A stretch of 62,042 nt of DNA from a plasmid. A program made the translations under genes and the position numbers. The stretch lies in sequence record NZ_CP117297.1; one strand, written 5' to 3'. Each line of letters opens with the position of its first letter. Position 1 is the stretch's first letter. Positions 40,581-49,851 of this stretch are shown here, in pieces. The notes beneath the pieces are model-generated. The model worked only from the letters and a program-made list of their open reading frames with translations, was not told the DNA's origin and made no database searches.

Positions 40581-41321
40581 GTGATTCTTAGCGTGGCTAA
40601 AGAAGGGCAAGTCCGCGGACGATGGACCTACGGTTATCGTCGCGTGAACCAAAAACTGCGGGCAATGGGCATTCATTTGGCGGACATGACGGTGAACAAG
40701 TTGATGGCGAAATTAGATGTTCAAGTGGCACTGTATAATCGCCACCGTAGTGGTAAATACTCATCTTATGAAGGTAATGTGGGCACAGTTGCGGATAATC
40801 TACTAAAACAACAATTTCAGGCCACCATTCCTTATCAAGTCCTCCACACAGATGTTTCTCAAGTTCGCTTAGCTAATCACAGTTGGGCTTATATTTCCTC
40901 AATTATCGATGAAGCCAGTAAGGAAGTTTTAGCCTTCCAATTGAGTCAACATCCTGATCGACAGTTGATTACCGCTACTCTCAACGAGCTATGTACAAAG
41001 CTGCCTGATAATGCTCAACCAATTATTCATTCTGATCAGGGGTGGCACTATCAACTGGGGTACTATACCCAAAAGTTAGCTGATAATCACTTTATTCAAA
41101 GTATGTCCCGTAAGGGAAATTGTCATGATAACGCACCAATGGAGAGTTTCTTTCACCTGTTTAAGACAGAGTTATTAGATGGTTTCCCACCATGTAAAGA
41201 CTTAGCTGAATTAAAATCACTCTCAGCTCAATACATTCATTACTTTAATTACCAACGTATCTCCTTAAAAACAAAAGGTATGACTCCGGTTGAATACCGA
41301 AATCATACCTTGGTAGCTTAA
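40581..41321 (+). CDS. IS3-family transposase OrfB
   Basis: Identical to 29931-30671. Confidence 0.8.
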   Translation: MILSVAKEGQVRGRWTYGYRRVNQKLRAMGIHLADMTVNKLMAKLDVQVALYNRHRSGKYSSYEGNVGTVADNLLKQQFQATIPYQVLHTDVSQVRLANHSWAYISSIIDEASKEVLAFQLSQHPDRQLITATLNELCTKLPDNAQPIIHSDQGWHYQLGYYTQKLADNHFIQSMSRKGNCHDNAPMESFFHLFKTELLDGFPPCKDLAELKSLSAQYIHYFNYQRISLKTKGMTPVEYRNHTLVA

Positions 41322-41403
41322 ATAATCAATTTTGTCTAACTTTTTTGTTGCACTTCAATAAACCCTAATGTCTAGTTAGGGGTTATTATTTTAATATATG
41401 TGA

Positions 41404-41706
41404 TTATTCACCTTGATTTTGCGGGTTAAAAGTCACTGACAAGATGTAATTAGCCAGTTGATGGTTGGCAATATCTTGAACCTTAAACAGTGTCCACACC
41501 CGTTCATCAGGTTGGGTATCTTGTAAGTACTGTCGAATGGCCGCCAAGTACGGTTTAATTCGTTGAATATCCAAAAATAGGATCCCCGTATTCAACAAAC
41601 ATCGCCGCTCAGCGTCATCAAGCTGCATACCGGCTTGTAATTGTAAGTCTTCGTCCGTTTCCGTAATGATTTCCCGATTATTTTTGAGCATAGTAATAGC
41701 CTGCAA
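41404..41706 (-). CDS. Hypothetical protein (100 aa)
   Basis: ORF only; followed on the minus strand by hairpin ggcgctcgtgagcgcc. Confidence 0.25.
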   Translation of the reverse strand: MQAITMLKNNREIITETDEDLQLQAGMQLDDAERRCLLNTGILFLDIQRIKPYLAAIRQYLQDTQPDERVWTLFKVQDIANHQLANYILSVTFNPQNQGE

Positions 41707-41860
41707 GATTTATTTTTTGTCACAAATCCTGTTCGGCGCTCGTGAGCGCCTTTAGTAAAAACCATCCTTAACTCAAGAGACTTCTGCTGCCATGATATAA
41801 TTAAAGGGCTGTCACATTCTCACTTAGAATCCACTTTCTAATGTTGGGAGGTGAGAACCA

Positions 41861-41959
41861 ATGAATTTTCTGATAACCTATCTTTTACACTATTTATCAC
41901 AATTATCCCTCGTGGTAGTTCCCGTTTACCTGGCGTATTGGTTAAACCATCGTAAGTGA
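41861..41959 (+). CDS. Small hydrophobic peptide (32 aa) MNFLITYLLHYLSQLSLVVVPVYLAYWLNHRK
   Basis: Strong SD ggaggtga 6 nt upstream of the ATG. Single predicted TM helix and basic C-terminus. Followed by an intrinsic terminator near 41992-42040. Confidence 0.4.
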   Translation: MNFLITYLLHYLSQLSLVVVPVYLAYWLNHRK

Positions 41960-42114
41960 TAATAGTCAGTGACAGCATCTAACCCACAATTAAAGCCCCT
42001 TGGTAATTATGGCGGATTACCGAGGGGCTTTTGTGTTAGTGAGAACCAAATGCATAATCCTCACCTATCCTTTACATTTATATTATAACATGAATCAACC
42101 AAAGGACAATTAAC

Positions 42115-42675
42115 ATGAAACAACTAGTTTTACCCATCAAGGATTCCAATATTCTGCACAAAGTCGAGGATACTTTGCTCAATAACTTCAAAGCTGGCCG
42201 TCGCAGCTACACGATTTTCCAAGTTGGCAAGGCGACCCTGCTCAGAGTGAGTGATGTATTAGTGCTCAGACGCACTGAAATTTTCAATGATGATGAGACG
42301 GTCGTTAAAAATGCGTACATTCGGGATAAAAAGACCGGTAAGCCCAATATTTTGTACCTAAAACCTGTTAAACAGGACTTATTAACCTATTTTCAATGGT
42401 TAAACCAACAAAATCTCCACTCTGACTGGCTTTTTCCCTCCATTCAGCACCCTAATCGGCACATTACTGAGAAACAATTCTACAAAATTATAGCCAAAAC
42501 CGGCGATTTACTCGGTATTGACTACTTGGGCACCCACATCATGCGGAAAACGGGGGCTTATCGGGTTTACACGCAAAACCATTACAATATCGGTCTGGTC
42601 ATATCACTACTTAATCACTCCTCCGAAGCCATGACCCTCAAATATTTAGGACTAGATCAAGTTAGTCGGGAATAA
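42115..42675 (+). CDS. Small tyrosine recombinase (catalytic domain only; FimB/FimE-sized)
   Basis: 186 aa with R..HxxR..Y-type motifs (LRVSDVLVLRRTE; GTHIMRKTGAYRVY). No N-terminal core-binding domain. Confidence 0.55.
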   Translation: MKQLVLPIKDSNILHKVEDTLLNNFKAGRRSYTIFQVGKATLLRVSDVLVLRRTEIFNDDETVVKNAYIRDKKTGKPNILYLKPVKQDLLTYFQWLNQQNLHSDWLFPSIQHPNRHITEKQFYKIIAKTGDLLGIDYLGTHIMRKTGAYRVYTQNHYNIGLVISLLNHSSEAMTLKYLGLDQVSRE

Positions 42676-42851
42676 GTGCTCAATGAAGTTAAGTTCGATT
42701 AGGCACTATCTCCCAATTTCACTCGTTAATCAGGTTAGGTTTAGCCATAAACCGGTCTGATTAACGAGTCTAGCAAGCGATAGCGCGGTAGTTTACATTT
42801 ATTTGTATTTTAATAGTATGGTATACTAACATACAAATAGAGGTGATTTAG

Positions 42852-43142
42852 ATGAAAAGAACACCAACTACAATTCGTCTTGACGATAAGCTCAAGAAGG
42901 AGTTAAATAAGGAACTCAAATCTATGGGATTAAGCATTAATGGGTACTTCAACTTAGCTGCTCGTCAATTAATCATTCAGAAAAAGGTTCCCTTTGAAGT
43001 GCTGGCTGAAACTGATGAACCAACCGAAACGACTAAGAAAGCCTTAGTCACTGCCCAAGCGAAGGAACTCGGCATTATTCCCGATGATTCCCCTAGCTTC
43101 GACAATGTAGACGAGTTAAAGAACTACTTGGATAAAGAATAA
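42852..43142 (+). CDS. RelB/DinJ-family antitoxin (orphan; toxin site occupied by IS256 remnant)
   Basis: 96 aa. TIRLDDKLKKELNKELKSMGLSINGYFNLAARQLIIQKKVPFEV matches the DinJ pattern. Only a 10-codon ORF follows before the IS256-family transposase. Confidence 0.6.
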   Translation: MKRTPTTIRLDDKLKKELNKELKSMGLSINGYFNLAARQLIIQKKVPFEVLAETDEPTETTKKALVTAQAKELGIIPDDSPSFDNVDELKNYLDKE

Positions 43143-43200
43143 TGTATCAATTAAAAGCGGTTATGTCCGTATAATTGGTGTAAATTCTAAATAGGACTTT

Positions 43201-44036
43201 GTGAAATCTGAAAGGAACTTCATTATGCCAAAGGTTGAATTAAATCTAGAAGATGACGAACTAAAGGAACTATTACTAGGTGATCGGGATAAGGCCATGC
43301 AATCAATTATGGCCAAGATTCTTGATGAAATTCTTAAGTCCGAAGCGACTGAGCAGATTAAAGCTAGGGCTTATGAACGTTCGGATGAACGTACCAATTC
43401 ACGGAATGGTTATCGAGTTCGTCAGCTTACCACACGAGTAGGGACACTTGAACTACACGTTCCTAAACTCCGTCATGGTAATTTTTCAACGCAACTGTTC
43501 AAACGCTATCAGCGTAGTGAACAGGCTTTTGATTTGGCATTAATGGAAATGGTAATCCAAGGTGTTTCAACTCGTAAAGTAGCTGAGATTACTAAGAAGT
43601 TATGTGGGACAACCTTTTCTAAAAGTACGGTCTCGGCTTTATGCAGTAATTTGGACGACCAAGTGCTAGACTTTAACCGACGTCCCCTTACGCAAAAGTA
43701 TGCTTTTGTGTATGCCGACGCAACTTTATTTAAGGTTCACCGTGGTCATGTTGTGACGAGTAATAGTTTACTCGTTGCGATTGGAATCGACCCTAGCGGT
43801 CGTCGAGAAGTGCTCGGTTTTGATAGCGGGTTAATCAAGAAATCCGGCGTCGTGACCGTGTAATCCGGATATTCCCGAATGATCTAAGTGTCTTGCGACT
43901 AATGGGGGCACTACTGATTGAACGGAATGAAAAATGGGCTGCTGGTCCACGATACTTAAACATGACCGTTTACCACGGGATTGAAAAAGATGCCGACTCA
44001 GAAGAAGTCGGTAAGCTTAAGCTTGTGAAATGATAA
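43201..44036 (+). pseudogene. IS256-family transposase with an internal deletion/frameshift
   Basis: N-terminal 220 aa (43201-43863) and a C-terminal ~58 aa piece (IRIFPNDLSVLRLMGALLIERNEKWAAGPRYLNM..) in another frame. The central DDE region is missing. Confidence 0.6.
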
Positions 44037-44077
44037 ATTCGCGGAATTTAATTTACACCAACATTTTGGACTTGACC

Positions 44078-44146
44078 CTTTTATAGTAAGATATTTATAG
44101 CTCATACCGGATACCTCGAATTGTTTGATTTGGTCGTTAAACGTAC
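44078..44146 (-). mobile_element. IS30-family left-end fragment (remnant A, ~65 bp)
   Basis: ttatagtaagatatttatagctcataccggatacctcgaattgtttgatttggtcgttaaac matches the ends at 47396-47576 and 59160-59458. Confidence 0.5.
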
Positions 44147-44213
44147 AATAGCCTTAAAAGTTGTCACTTTTTATTTCTCAAAGTGACAACTTTTAAGGCT
44201 ATTGTACGCCCAC

Positions 44214-44880
44214 GAGGTAACGGGCCTTTTGATATTATTCAATAGTAACTTTAGTCCTGTTGTTAACAGTATTATATCACGTGAACCATATAATTTCCTA
44301 TCCAAATAGTCCAGCTTTCTTCCAGCCACATTGTTTCAAATAATCTCGAATCGACTTTTTAATGATTGAAGTATCTAACTTAGATTCAACAATTCCAACT
44401 TTACCGCTCTTCTTGTCCTGTCCAATACCAAAAGAAATACTTTTCTGATAAGTCTTTCCCTTAGAAAAGGAGATGTCTTTACTGAAAGATAGTTTACCGT
44501 TATGCATCCTAATACTTGATGTCTTACTAGAAGTGCTATCAACTTCCTTCCATTTCCCGTTATCTTTCAAAGTAACTGTAAAAGTAAACTCTTTGTCCTC
44601 ATCGGAGATTCCACCCTCAGTGAAAAACCGGGCATCCATCCATTTCCATGTACCAATAATCGAATCTCCTTCAACAGTAACTTCCCAAGGATTGTTATCA
44701 GAATTTAGAACCTTTGGTGCATCGCTTAAAACTTTTTCTTTCTCAATCATAAGAAATCATCTCCTTCTTTTGATAATCATTATTAAACATAACTAACCTT
44801 ATAATACCAAGACCAGTCATATCGCCAGTAGTAAACCTGATCATACTATAACCGTAGTACACAATATAACTGTAAACTCT
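44214..44880. repeat. Second copy (IS-free) of segment 31415-32068, including a full copy of the 150-aa ORF
   Basis: Near-identical over ~650 bp. Begins with cacGAGgtaacgggcc, i.e. the uninterrupted form of the IS copy A target site. The left flank also resembles 29870-29894. Confidence 0.7.
44298..44750 (-). CDS. Hypothetical protein (150 aa), identical to 31500-31952
   Basis: Identical translation. Confidence 0.4.
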   Translation of the reverse strand: MIEKEKVLSDAPKVLNSDNNPWEVTVEGDSIIGTWKWMDARFFTEGGISDEDKEFTFTVTLKDNGKWKEVDSTSSKTSSIRMHNGKLSFSKDISFSKGKTYQKSISFGIGQDKKSGKVGIVESKLDTSIIKKSIRDYLKQCGWKKAGLFG

Positions 44881-45136
44881 GGCGATATGGATAGGACAAG
44901 TGATTTTGATTTAATAAAACATAACCTGACAGATGTAATTGAATTCACCAAAATTATCATTGATTATGACGGATTCAACCCAACCACAGATTTTTGGCAA
45001 CCCCTAGTAACAACATACTTTAAATTAATTGATCTCCCGACCGATCACGACCCCCATGACGGGAGCCATCCAATCCGGGGCGGGCGTCCCCTGGGAGTAG
45101 GTAGAGCCAGTGGCGAAAATCATGGAAGCCCTCCTT

Positions 45137-45763
45137 TCATTCTTGCGTATCTTCGGAAAGCCGGAAGGTATCGACGAACTGCTTGTATTCCGAGCTGGAA
45201 GTTCCAAAGGATTCGAGGCCATAGAGGCCAGCGGACGAGTAAACGACCTCTCGACGCATGATCACCGAGGAGTCCTCGCTATCGTGACCGGTGTAGGAAA
45301 TGGCCATATGCCCGTCCACGGTGGTGAAGGAATACTTGTCAATCTGCAGAAGACGAGCGACATTGGTCAAGACCTTACGTTTCTGCGCGTCATTGAACCC
45401 CTTGGAGTCCTCGACTTGCTTCCGAGTGAATTTGGTGACGGACACAGCGTAGTTGATGTGATCCTTGTCATTGACCGTCGAATAGCGGGCATAAGCGCCG
45501 GTGGGATCCTTATAGGTGTCCTTCTCCGGAACGCCCGGGAAATAGACGGAATAGCCCAGATCCTTGGACGTGAACTTCTTCCAGCCCTGGGGGGCAGTGA
45601 CGGAGGAAGTGGCTTTGTTCGCCGATGGGGCAGTCGACTGGGAGGAACCGCAGGCGGCCAGACCTGTCGTGAAAGCCATCGTTGCTATGACAGCGGAAAT
45701 CCGCCTGAAAAACCTTTTCATATCAAACCTATTTTTCTTTCTTGTCATTTCTTGCTTTTCCAT
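45137..45763 (-). CDS. Lipoprotein (lipobox LAAC) encoded largely by a GC-rich (~58%) foreign segment
   Basis: Signal peptide MKRFFRRISAVIATMAFTTGLAACGSS. RBS gaaggtg before the first ATG. The body 45000-45700 is much more GC-rich than the surroundings. Confidence 0.55.
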   Translation of the reverse strand: MEKQEMTRKKNRFDMKRFFRRISAVIATMAFTTGLAACGSSQSTAPSANKATSSVTAPQGWKKFTSKDLGYSVYFPGVPEKDTYKDPTGAYARYSTVNDKDHINYAVSVTKFTRKQVEDSKGFNDAQKRKVLTNVARLLQIDKYSFTTVDGHMAISYTGHDSEDSSVIMRREVVYSSAGLYGLESFGTSSSEYKQFVDTFRLSEDTQE

Positions 45764-45789
45764 TGTAACACCTTCTAAAGTATGCAGAT

Positions 45790-45965
45790 AAAAATAATCT
45801 GGAATGGTTTTATCTTCAATTAAACACTGAACAATATATTTCCAAGGACTCCGCTTTTGATCATCAAGCTCTTGAGGTAGTGAACTTTTAAATATTGAAC
45901 GCCACTTGGGGTCTTGGCGCCGCTTTTTGAACTGTTTTTTAAAAGCTTTGGTATATTTAATTACT
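45790..45965 (-). pseudogene. YafQ/RelE-like toxin N-terminal remnant (no start codon, truncated)
   Basis: Minus strand: IKYTKAFKKQFKKRRQDPKWRSIFKSSLPQELDDQKRSPWKYIVQCLIEDKTIPDYFYLH, similar to the YafQ N-terminal half. Abuts the GC-rich insertion. Confidence 0.4.
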
Positions 45966-45974
45966 CTTGCCGTT

Positions 45975-46309
45975 TATTTTGAAGACTCCAATGCGTCATC
46001 GGAGCTAAGCAATTGATCTAATTCTTTAAGGTTACGGGCTTCGGGTAGCTTTTCTTTTCCAGATAGAGCATCAATAACTTCTTGAATCTAATTTTTTAAC
46101 TGCCAATTAGGGATTGAATAATATTTAGGTAAACCATCATGAGCAACTGTTGTTAATGTCATGCGCATAAAATCAGAAATTGTTAGACCATGATTAGCCA
46201 ATACGTCTTTGGCTTTACTTTTAATAATTCCGTCAATTCGAGCTTCAATTCTTGCCATTCTCATCACCTCAGTAATATTGTACGTTATCTGGCGTACAAA
46301 TCCAACCAT
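45975..46309 (-). pseudogene. DinJ/RelB-family antitoxin with frameshift near the C-terminus
   Basis: 46088-46309 encodes MARIEARIDGIIKSKAKDVLANHGLTISDFMRMTL..YSIPN. The expected C-terminal part (IQEVIDALSGKEKLPEARNLKELDQLL..) continues in another frame. Confidence 0.45.
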
Positions 46310-46438
46310 ATTTAACTAGGTTAAACTCTTTACAGAACGAGCAAAGATTCTTACATTAAAGACAACCATACAGTCAGAAAGCCGGGAGCAAGCTGCTTTT
46401 TTAGTATTTCTTATGATATACTTAAATTAAAAGTCGAG

Positions 46439-46735
46439 GTGGCCTTTATGTTTTTATTAAAACTACATGATTTAATCAAGCATAATTATGAAAATGGCTT
46501 GGATTCCAAAGATTACAGCTATAGGTCTAATAATTCTAATAGCCTATCAGACTTTGATAAAGGAAAGTTTCAAGCTCAGACTGATTATCAAAGTGGAAAA
46601 GCGATCAAACACTATCCTAAATTACTATTTGAATTTTTAAATTTTGTTTTTTTACGAAAGATGCAGGAAATCGTAAATTTCATAAATGGATATAACTATG
46701 AAATGAGAAAACTGCAAAAAATGGATAAAAATTAG
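46439..46735 (+). CDS. Hypothetical protein (~95 aa)
   Basis: ORF with SD aggtgg. No recognised motif; Asn/Ser/Tyr-rich. Confidence 0.25.
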   Translation: MAFMFLLKLHDLIKHNYENGLDSKDYSYRSNNSNSLSDFDKGKFQAQTDYQSGKAIKHYPKLLFEFLNFVFLRKMQEIVNFINGYNYEMRKLQKMDKN

Positions 46736-46864
46736 ATTAGCTAATTATTCAAACCAGTGGTAGGGTTTCTGCAAGGTTAATATTCACTTTTGATATATCA
46801 GAAAGGAGCTAAATAATAACTAAACCTTATAAAGAGGCTCTTTATAATATAAGCCAACTGAAAC

Positions 46865-46929
46865 TTGAAAGCGCAGAATAGCGGGTTTAACCCGTCATTC
46901 TGCGCTTTCAAGTTTCAGTTAAACATCTA
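46865..46929. repeat. Perfect 24-bp inverted repeat with palindromic 17-nt loop (strong hairpin/cruciform)
   Basis: aactgaaacttgaaagcgcagaat / attctgcgctttcaagtttcagtt with loop agcgggtttaacccgtc. Sits exactly at the junction with the duplicated gene fragment. Confidence 0.7.
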
Positions 46930-47184
46930 ATCCTCACTTCTGATAAAGTTAACTATTCTTTTGCTGAAAAAGGGAAAAATATATTCAGCAATTTTTGTAA
47001 AGTAAATCAAATCACTGTACCCTGTTGCTTAGATTTCTCGGAGCGAAATTTCCACTTTGGAGGAAGAATAGGAAATGATCTTCTAAATTATTTATTGGAA
47101 GACGATTTGTGTAAGTTAACCAAAAGTCGAAAAGTAGACCTTTGTAAAGAGCCTGCTAGTATTGTTCAATCGGTTTTTACCTAA
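46930..47184 (+). pseudogene. Diverged 3' fragment paralogous to the end of gene 17112-17684
   Basis: Encodes ..KHLILTSDKVNYSFAEKGKNIFSNFCKVNQITVPCCLDFSERNFHFGGRIGNDLLNYLLEDDLCKLTKSRKVDLCKEPASIVQSVFT. About 8 aa substitutions versus 17430-17684. Followed by an IS30 remnant. Confidence 0.55.
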
Positions 47185-47395
47185 GTTAAGTTACGAAATA
47201 GGACTTTTAGTTTGATCGTTTAAGCGCATTTGTACAATTTTAACGTTCCAAATTGAAAATTGTTTACCAAATAAAATAACGATAACTAGATAAGAAATAG
47301 GAAGCAAACATTACTTATGGTGGTAATGTTTACTCCCTTGTTTATTTTGCAAAGGCATTTTATGATCAGCAATTATTCCTTTAGATAGTTTCCCT

Positions 47396-47576
47396 TGATC
47401 TTTTATGATAGATAACCCTTTAGCTCGTAAAAGGATAAGCATTTCACGTTCTTTTATAGTAAGATGTTTATAGCTCATACCGGATATCTCGAATTGTTTG
47501 ATTTGGTCGTTAAACATATTCTACCCGGTATGGGTTTATTTTTTACTTTGTGTTGTATTTCAATTGTAAATTCGCC
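47396..47576 (-). mobile_element. IS30-family left-end remnant B (truncated transposase N-terminus)
   Basis: Encodes MFNDQIKQFEISGMSYKHLTIKEREMLILLRAKGLSI, then diverges. The IS end is ..caattgtaaattcgcc at 47576. Confidence 0.6.
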
Positions 47577-47785
47577 ATCATACCAGCGTCACCAAGTGCA
47601 GGGTTCAATTCTTACAGTAGACCAGCTTTGCAGAAGTAATTTTGCAAGATTTATTTTGTTAATTAAAATAAAATTAAGAGATTTTGCCCAATTAGAAATT
47701 TCTTCAAAAATGCCATCAAATCAGCATTTATAACTCACTTATAATATTTAACCGCGCTATTACAATAACACGATCTTCAAAAAAT

Positions 47786-47816
47786 AGTTTGACAATCAAA
47801 ATAAATTCATTATAAT
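47786..47816 (+). promoter_or_regulatory. FabT-box-like palindrome overlapping the fab operon promoter
   Basis: AGTTTGACAATCAAA (47786-47800) matches the FabT operator consensus ANTTTGAnnnTCAAANT. -10 TATAAT at 47811-47816. A second palindrome tcgaatattttgatattcga lies at 47826-47845. Confidence 0.5.
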
Positions 47817-47870
47817 TTGACTATCGAATATTTTGATATTCGAAATACTTTTGCAAGGCAGATGACGTAA

Positions 47871-48317
47871 TTGGCAATAATGGACTCCCAAGAAATCATG
47901 GACCTAATCCCGAATCGTTACCCGATTTGTTACATTGATTATGTCGATGAACTGACTCCTGGCGAAGAGATTGTAGCGACAAAGAACGTGACCATCAACG
48001 AGTCCTTCTTTCGGGGCCACTTCCCCGGCAATCCAGTGATGCCTGGTGTACTGATTATTGAAACACTGGCCCAAGCGGCATCAATCTTAATTCTTAAATC
48101 GCCAGAATTCTTCAAAAAGACTGCTTACCTAGGCGCCATCCACAATGGAAAGTTTCGACAAATGGTCCGCCCTGGAGACGTTCTTAAGCTACACATCAAG
48201 ATGGTTAAGAAACGCCGACAGATGGGAATTGTCGATGCGGTAGCAACGGTAGCGGGCAACCGCGTTTGCAGCGCAGAATTAGTTTTTATCGTTGCTAACC
48301 GTGACGCTAAGCTATGA
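47871..48317 (+). CDS. fabZ: 3-hydroxyacyl-ACP dehydratase FabZ-like (first copy)
   Basis: Hotdog-fold motif [20 protein letters not shown]. Confidence 0.8.
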   Translation: MAIMDSQEIMDLIPNRYPICYIDYVDELTPGEEIVATKNVTINESFFRGHFPGNPVMPGVLIIETLAQAASILILKSPEFFKKTAYLGAIHNGKFRQMVRPGDVLKLHIKMVKKRRQMGIVDAVATVAGNRVCSAELVFIVANRDAKL

Positions 48318-48393
48318 TGAATGATTTCGGCTATAATGTATTTTGAAAGTAAAAATATTTGATACAGCAAAATAACCAAAGGAGAAATACATT

Positions 48394-48834
48394 ATGGCGG
48401 ATGAATATCAAAGAATTAACCATGCCCTAATCAAGATTTACAACGGTATTTTATGGATCGAAGAGAAAAAGCTTCGGGAGAGTACCTTCAGCGATCTGAC
48501 CATCAAGGAGATGCACGCAATTGACGCAATCTCCATGTATGACCACCAGACTGCCAGTCAGGTCGCAAAAAAACTGCACCTGTCCCCTGGCACGATGACT
48601 GCAACTGCTAACCGGTTGATTGCTAAGGGTTACGCTGAACGTTTCCGCGACCAGGAAGACCGGCGGATAATTCGTTTGGGTCTCACTCACAAGGGCCGGG
48701 TCCTTTACCGGGCTCACCGTGCCTTTCATAACATGATGGTCAAGCGTTTCTTGAAGGGAATGAATGATGAAGAGCAGTGGACAATCCGCAAGGCTCTCCG
48801 CAACCTGGAAGATTTCTTGGAAGAAAATTCTTAA
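48394..48834 (+). CDS. fabT: MarR-family fatty acid biosynthesis regulator FabT
   Basis: 146-aa MarR protein at the conserved position between fabZ and fabH. Confidence 0.65.
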   Translation: MADEYQRINHALIKIYNGILWIEEKKLRESTFSDLTIKEMHAIDAISMYDHQTASQVAKKLHLSPGTMTATANRLIAKGYAERFRDQEDRRIIRLGLTHKGRVLYRAHRAFHNMMVKRFLKGMNDEEQWTIRKALRNLEDFLEENS

Positions 48835-48852
48835 AATTTAAGGAAGAAACAC

Positions 48853-49818
48853 ATGAATAATTGGCAAATCGTTACAACGGCAAGCTATGTACCGCAAATG
48901 ACAGTATCCAACGACCGGTTAAGTACCATAATGGATACTTCCGACGAGTGGATTCGAACACGGACCGGAATTAGACAACGCCATATCAGTCAAGGGGAAA
49001 ATACAGCGGACCTCGCCACTCAGGTTGGCCAACGGCTATTAGCCAAGGCTCACTGGGCGCCAACCAGTCTTGACCTAATCATTATTGCGACCATGTCACC
49101 AGATTCCTATACCCCATCGACCGCGGCAATTGTTCAAGGACTCTTAGGCGCAACTGCTGCCCGAGCGTTCGATGTTTCAGCTGCCTGTTCTGGTTTCGTC
49201 TACGCTCTCGATATTGCCAGTCGCTTCATCGGTTCGGAATGTCATCGCGTCATGGTGATCGGCAGTGAGGTGCTCTCAAAGATCACCAACTGGCAGGACC
49301 GGACCACCGCAGTGCTTTTTGGTGATGGGGCAGGAGGTGTCTTAATCGAGACTGATCCAGAACCCCACCTGTTGGGTCAACACCTCGCTACGTTTGGGGA
49401 CCGCGGTAACCAGCTTGTTGCTGGGCAGACCCGGGTTAACCACCAATTTCCCCCTACCATTACCGACGTGAGTCCCTTTCAGATGAATGGACGAGCCGTA
49501 TATCGGTTTGCAACCCATGCGGTCCCAATATCAATTCAGACGGCCTTACAGAATGCTGGATTGACCGCTGATCAAGTGGATCGTTTCATCCTTCACCAGG
49601 CCAATATACGCATCATCCAACAGGTTGCCCGGCGTCTGGTTCAACCGATGACTAAGTTTCCCACCAACATTGATCAATACGGCAACACCTCAGCCGCTAG
49701 CGAACCAATTCTTCTAGACGAGTGTGTCCGACAAGGACTAATTCGTCGCGGCGACTTGGTAGTCCTTAGTGGCTTTGGTGGTGGCCTGACCGTTGGAACA
49801 ATGATTATTAAATACTAA
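48853..49818 (+). CDS. fabH: Beta-ketoacyl-ACP synthase III
   Basis: 321 aa. Active-site Cys in AACSGFVYALDIA. Terminal GGGLTVG. Confidence 0.85.
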   Translation: MNNWQIVTTASYVPQMTVSNDRLSTIMDTSDEWIRTRTGIRQRHISQGENTADLATQVGQRLLAKAHWAPTSLDLIIIATMSPDSYTPSTAAIVQGLLGATAARAFDVSAACSGFVYALDIASRFIGSECHRVMVIGSEVLSKITNWQDRTTAVLFGDGAGGVLIETDPEPHLLGQHLATFGDRGNQLVAGQTRVNHQFPPTITDVSPFQMNGRAVYRFATHAVPISIQTALQNAGLTADQVDRFILHQANIRIIQQVARRLVQPMTKFPTNIDQYGNTSAASEPILLDECVRQGLIRRGDLVVLSGFGGGLTVGTMIIKY

Positions 49819-49851
49819 ATTACATTAATAAATATAAGAGAGGTTTTTATT

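Larger units (their letters stand above)
39838..41357 (+). mobile_element. IS3-family IS (1520 bp), copy B, inverted relative to copy A, with 3-bp target duplication ATA
   Basis: Same sequence as copy A. Flanking ATA at 39835-39837 and 41358-41360. Confidence 0.8.

Noticed and set aside
44887-45791. ORFs 44887-45261, 45110-45778 and 45564-45791 on the plus strand and 45025-45222 on the minus strand
   Set aside because: These are open frames antisense to or overlapping the GC-rich lipoprotein gene, and high GC content inflates ORF length. Only the 5' AT-rich part of 44887-45261 might be a genuine gene fragment.
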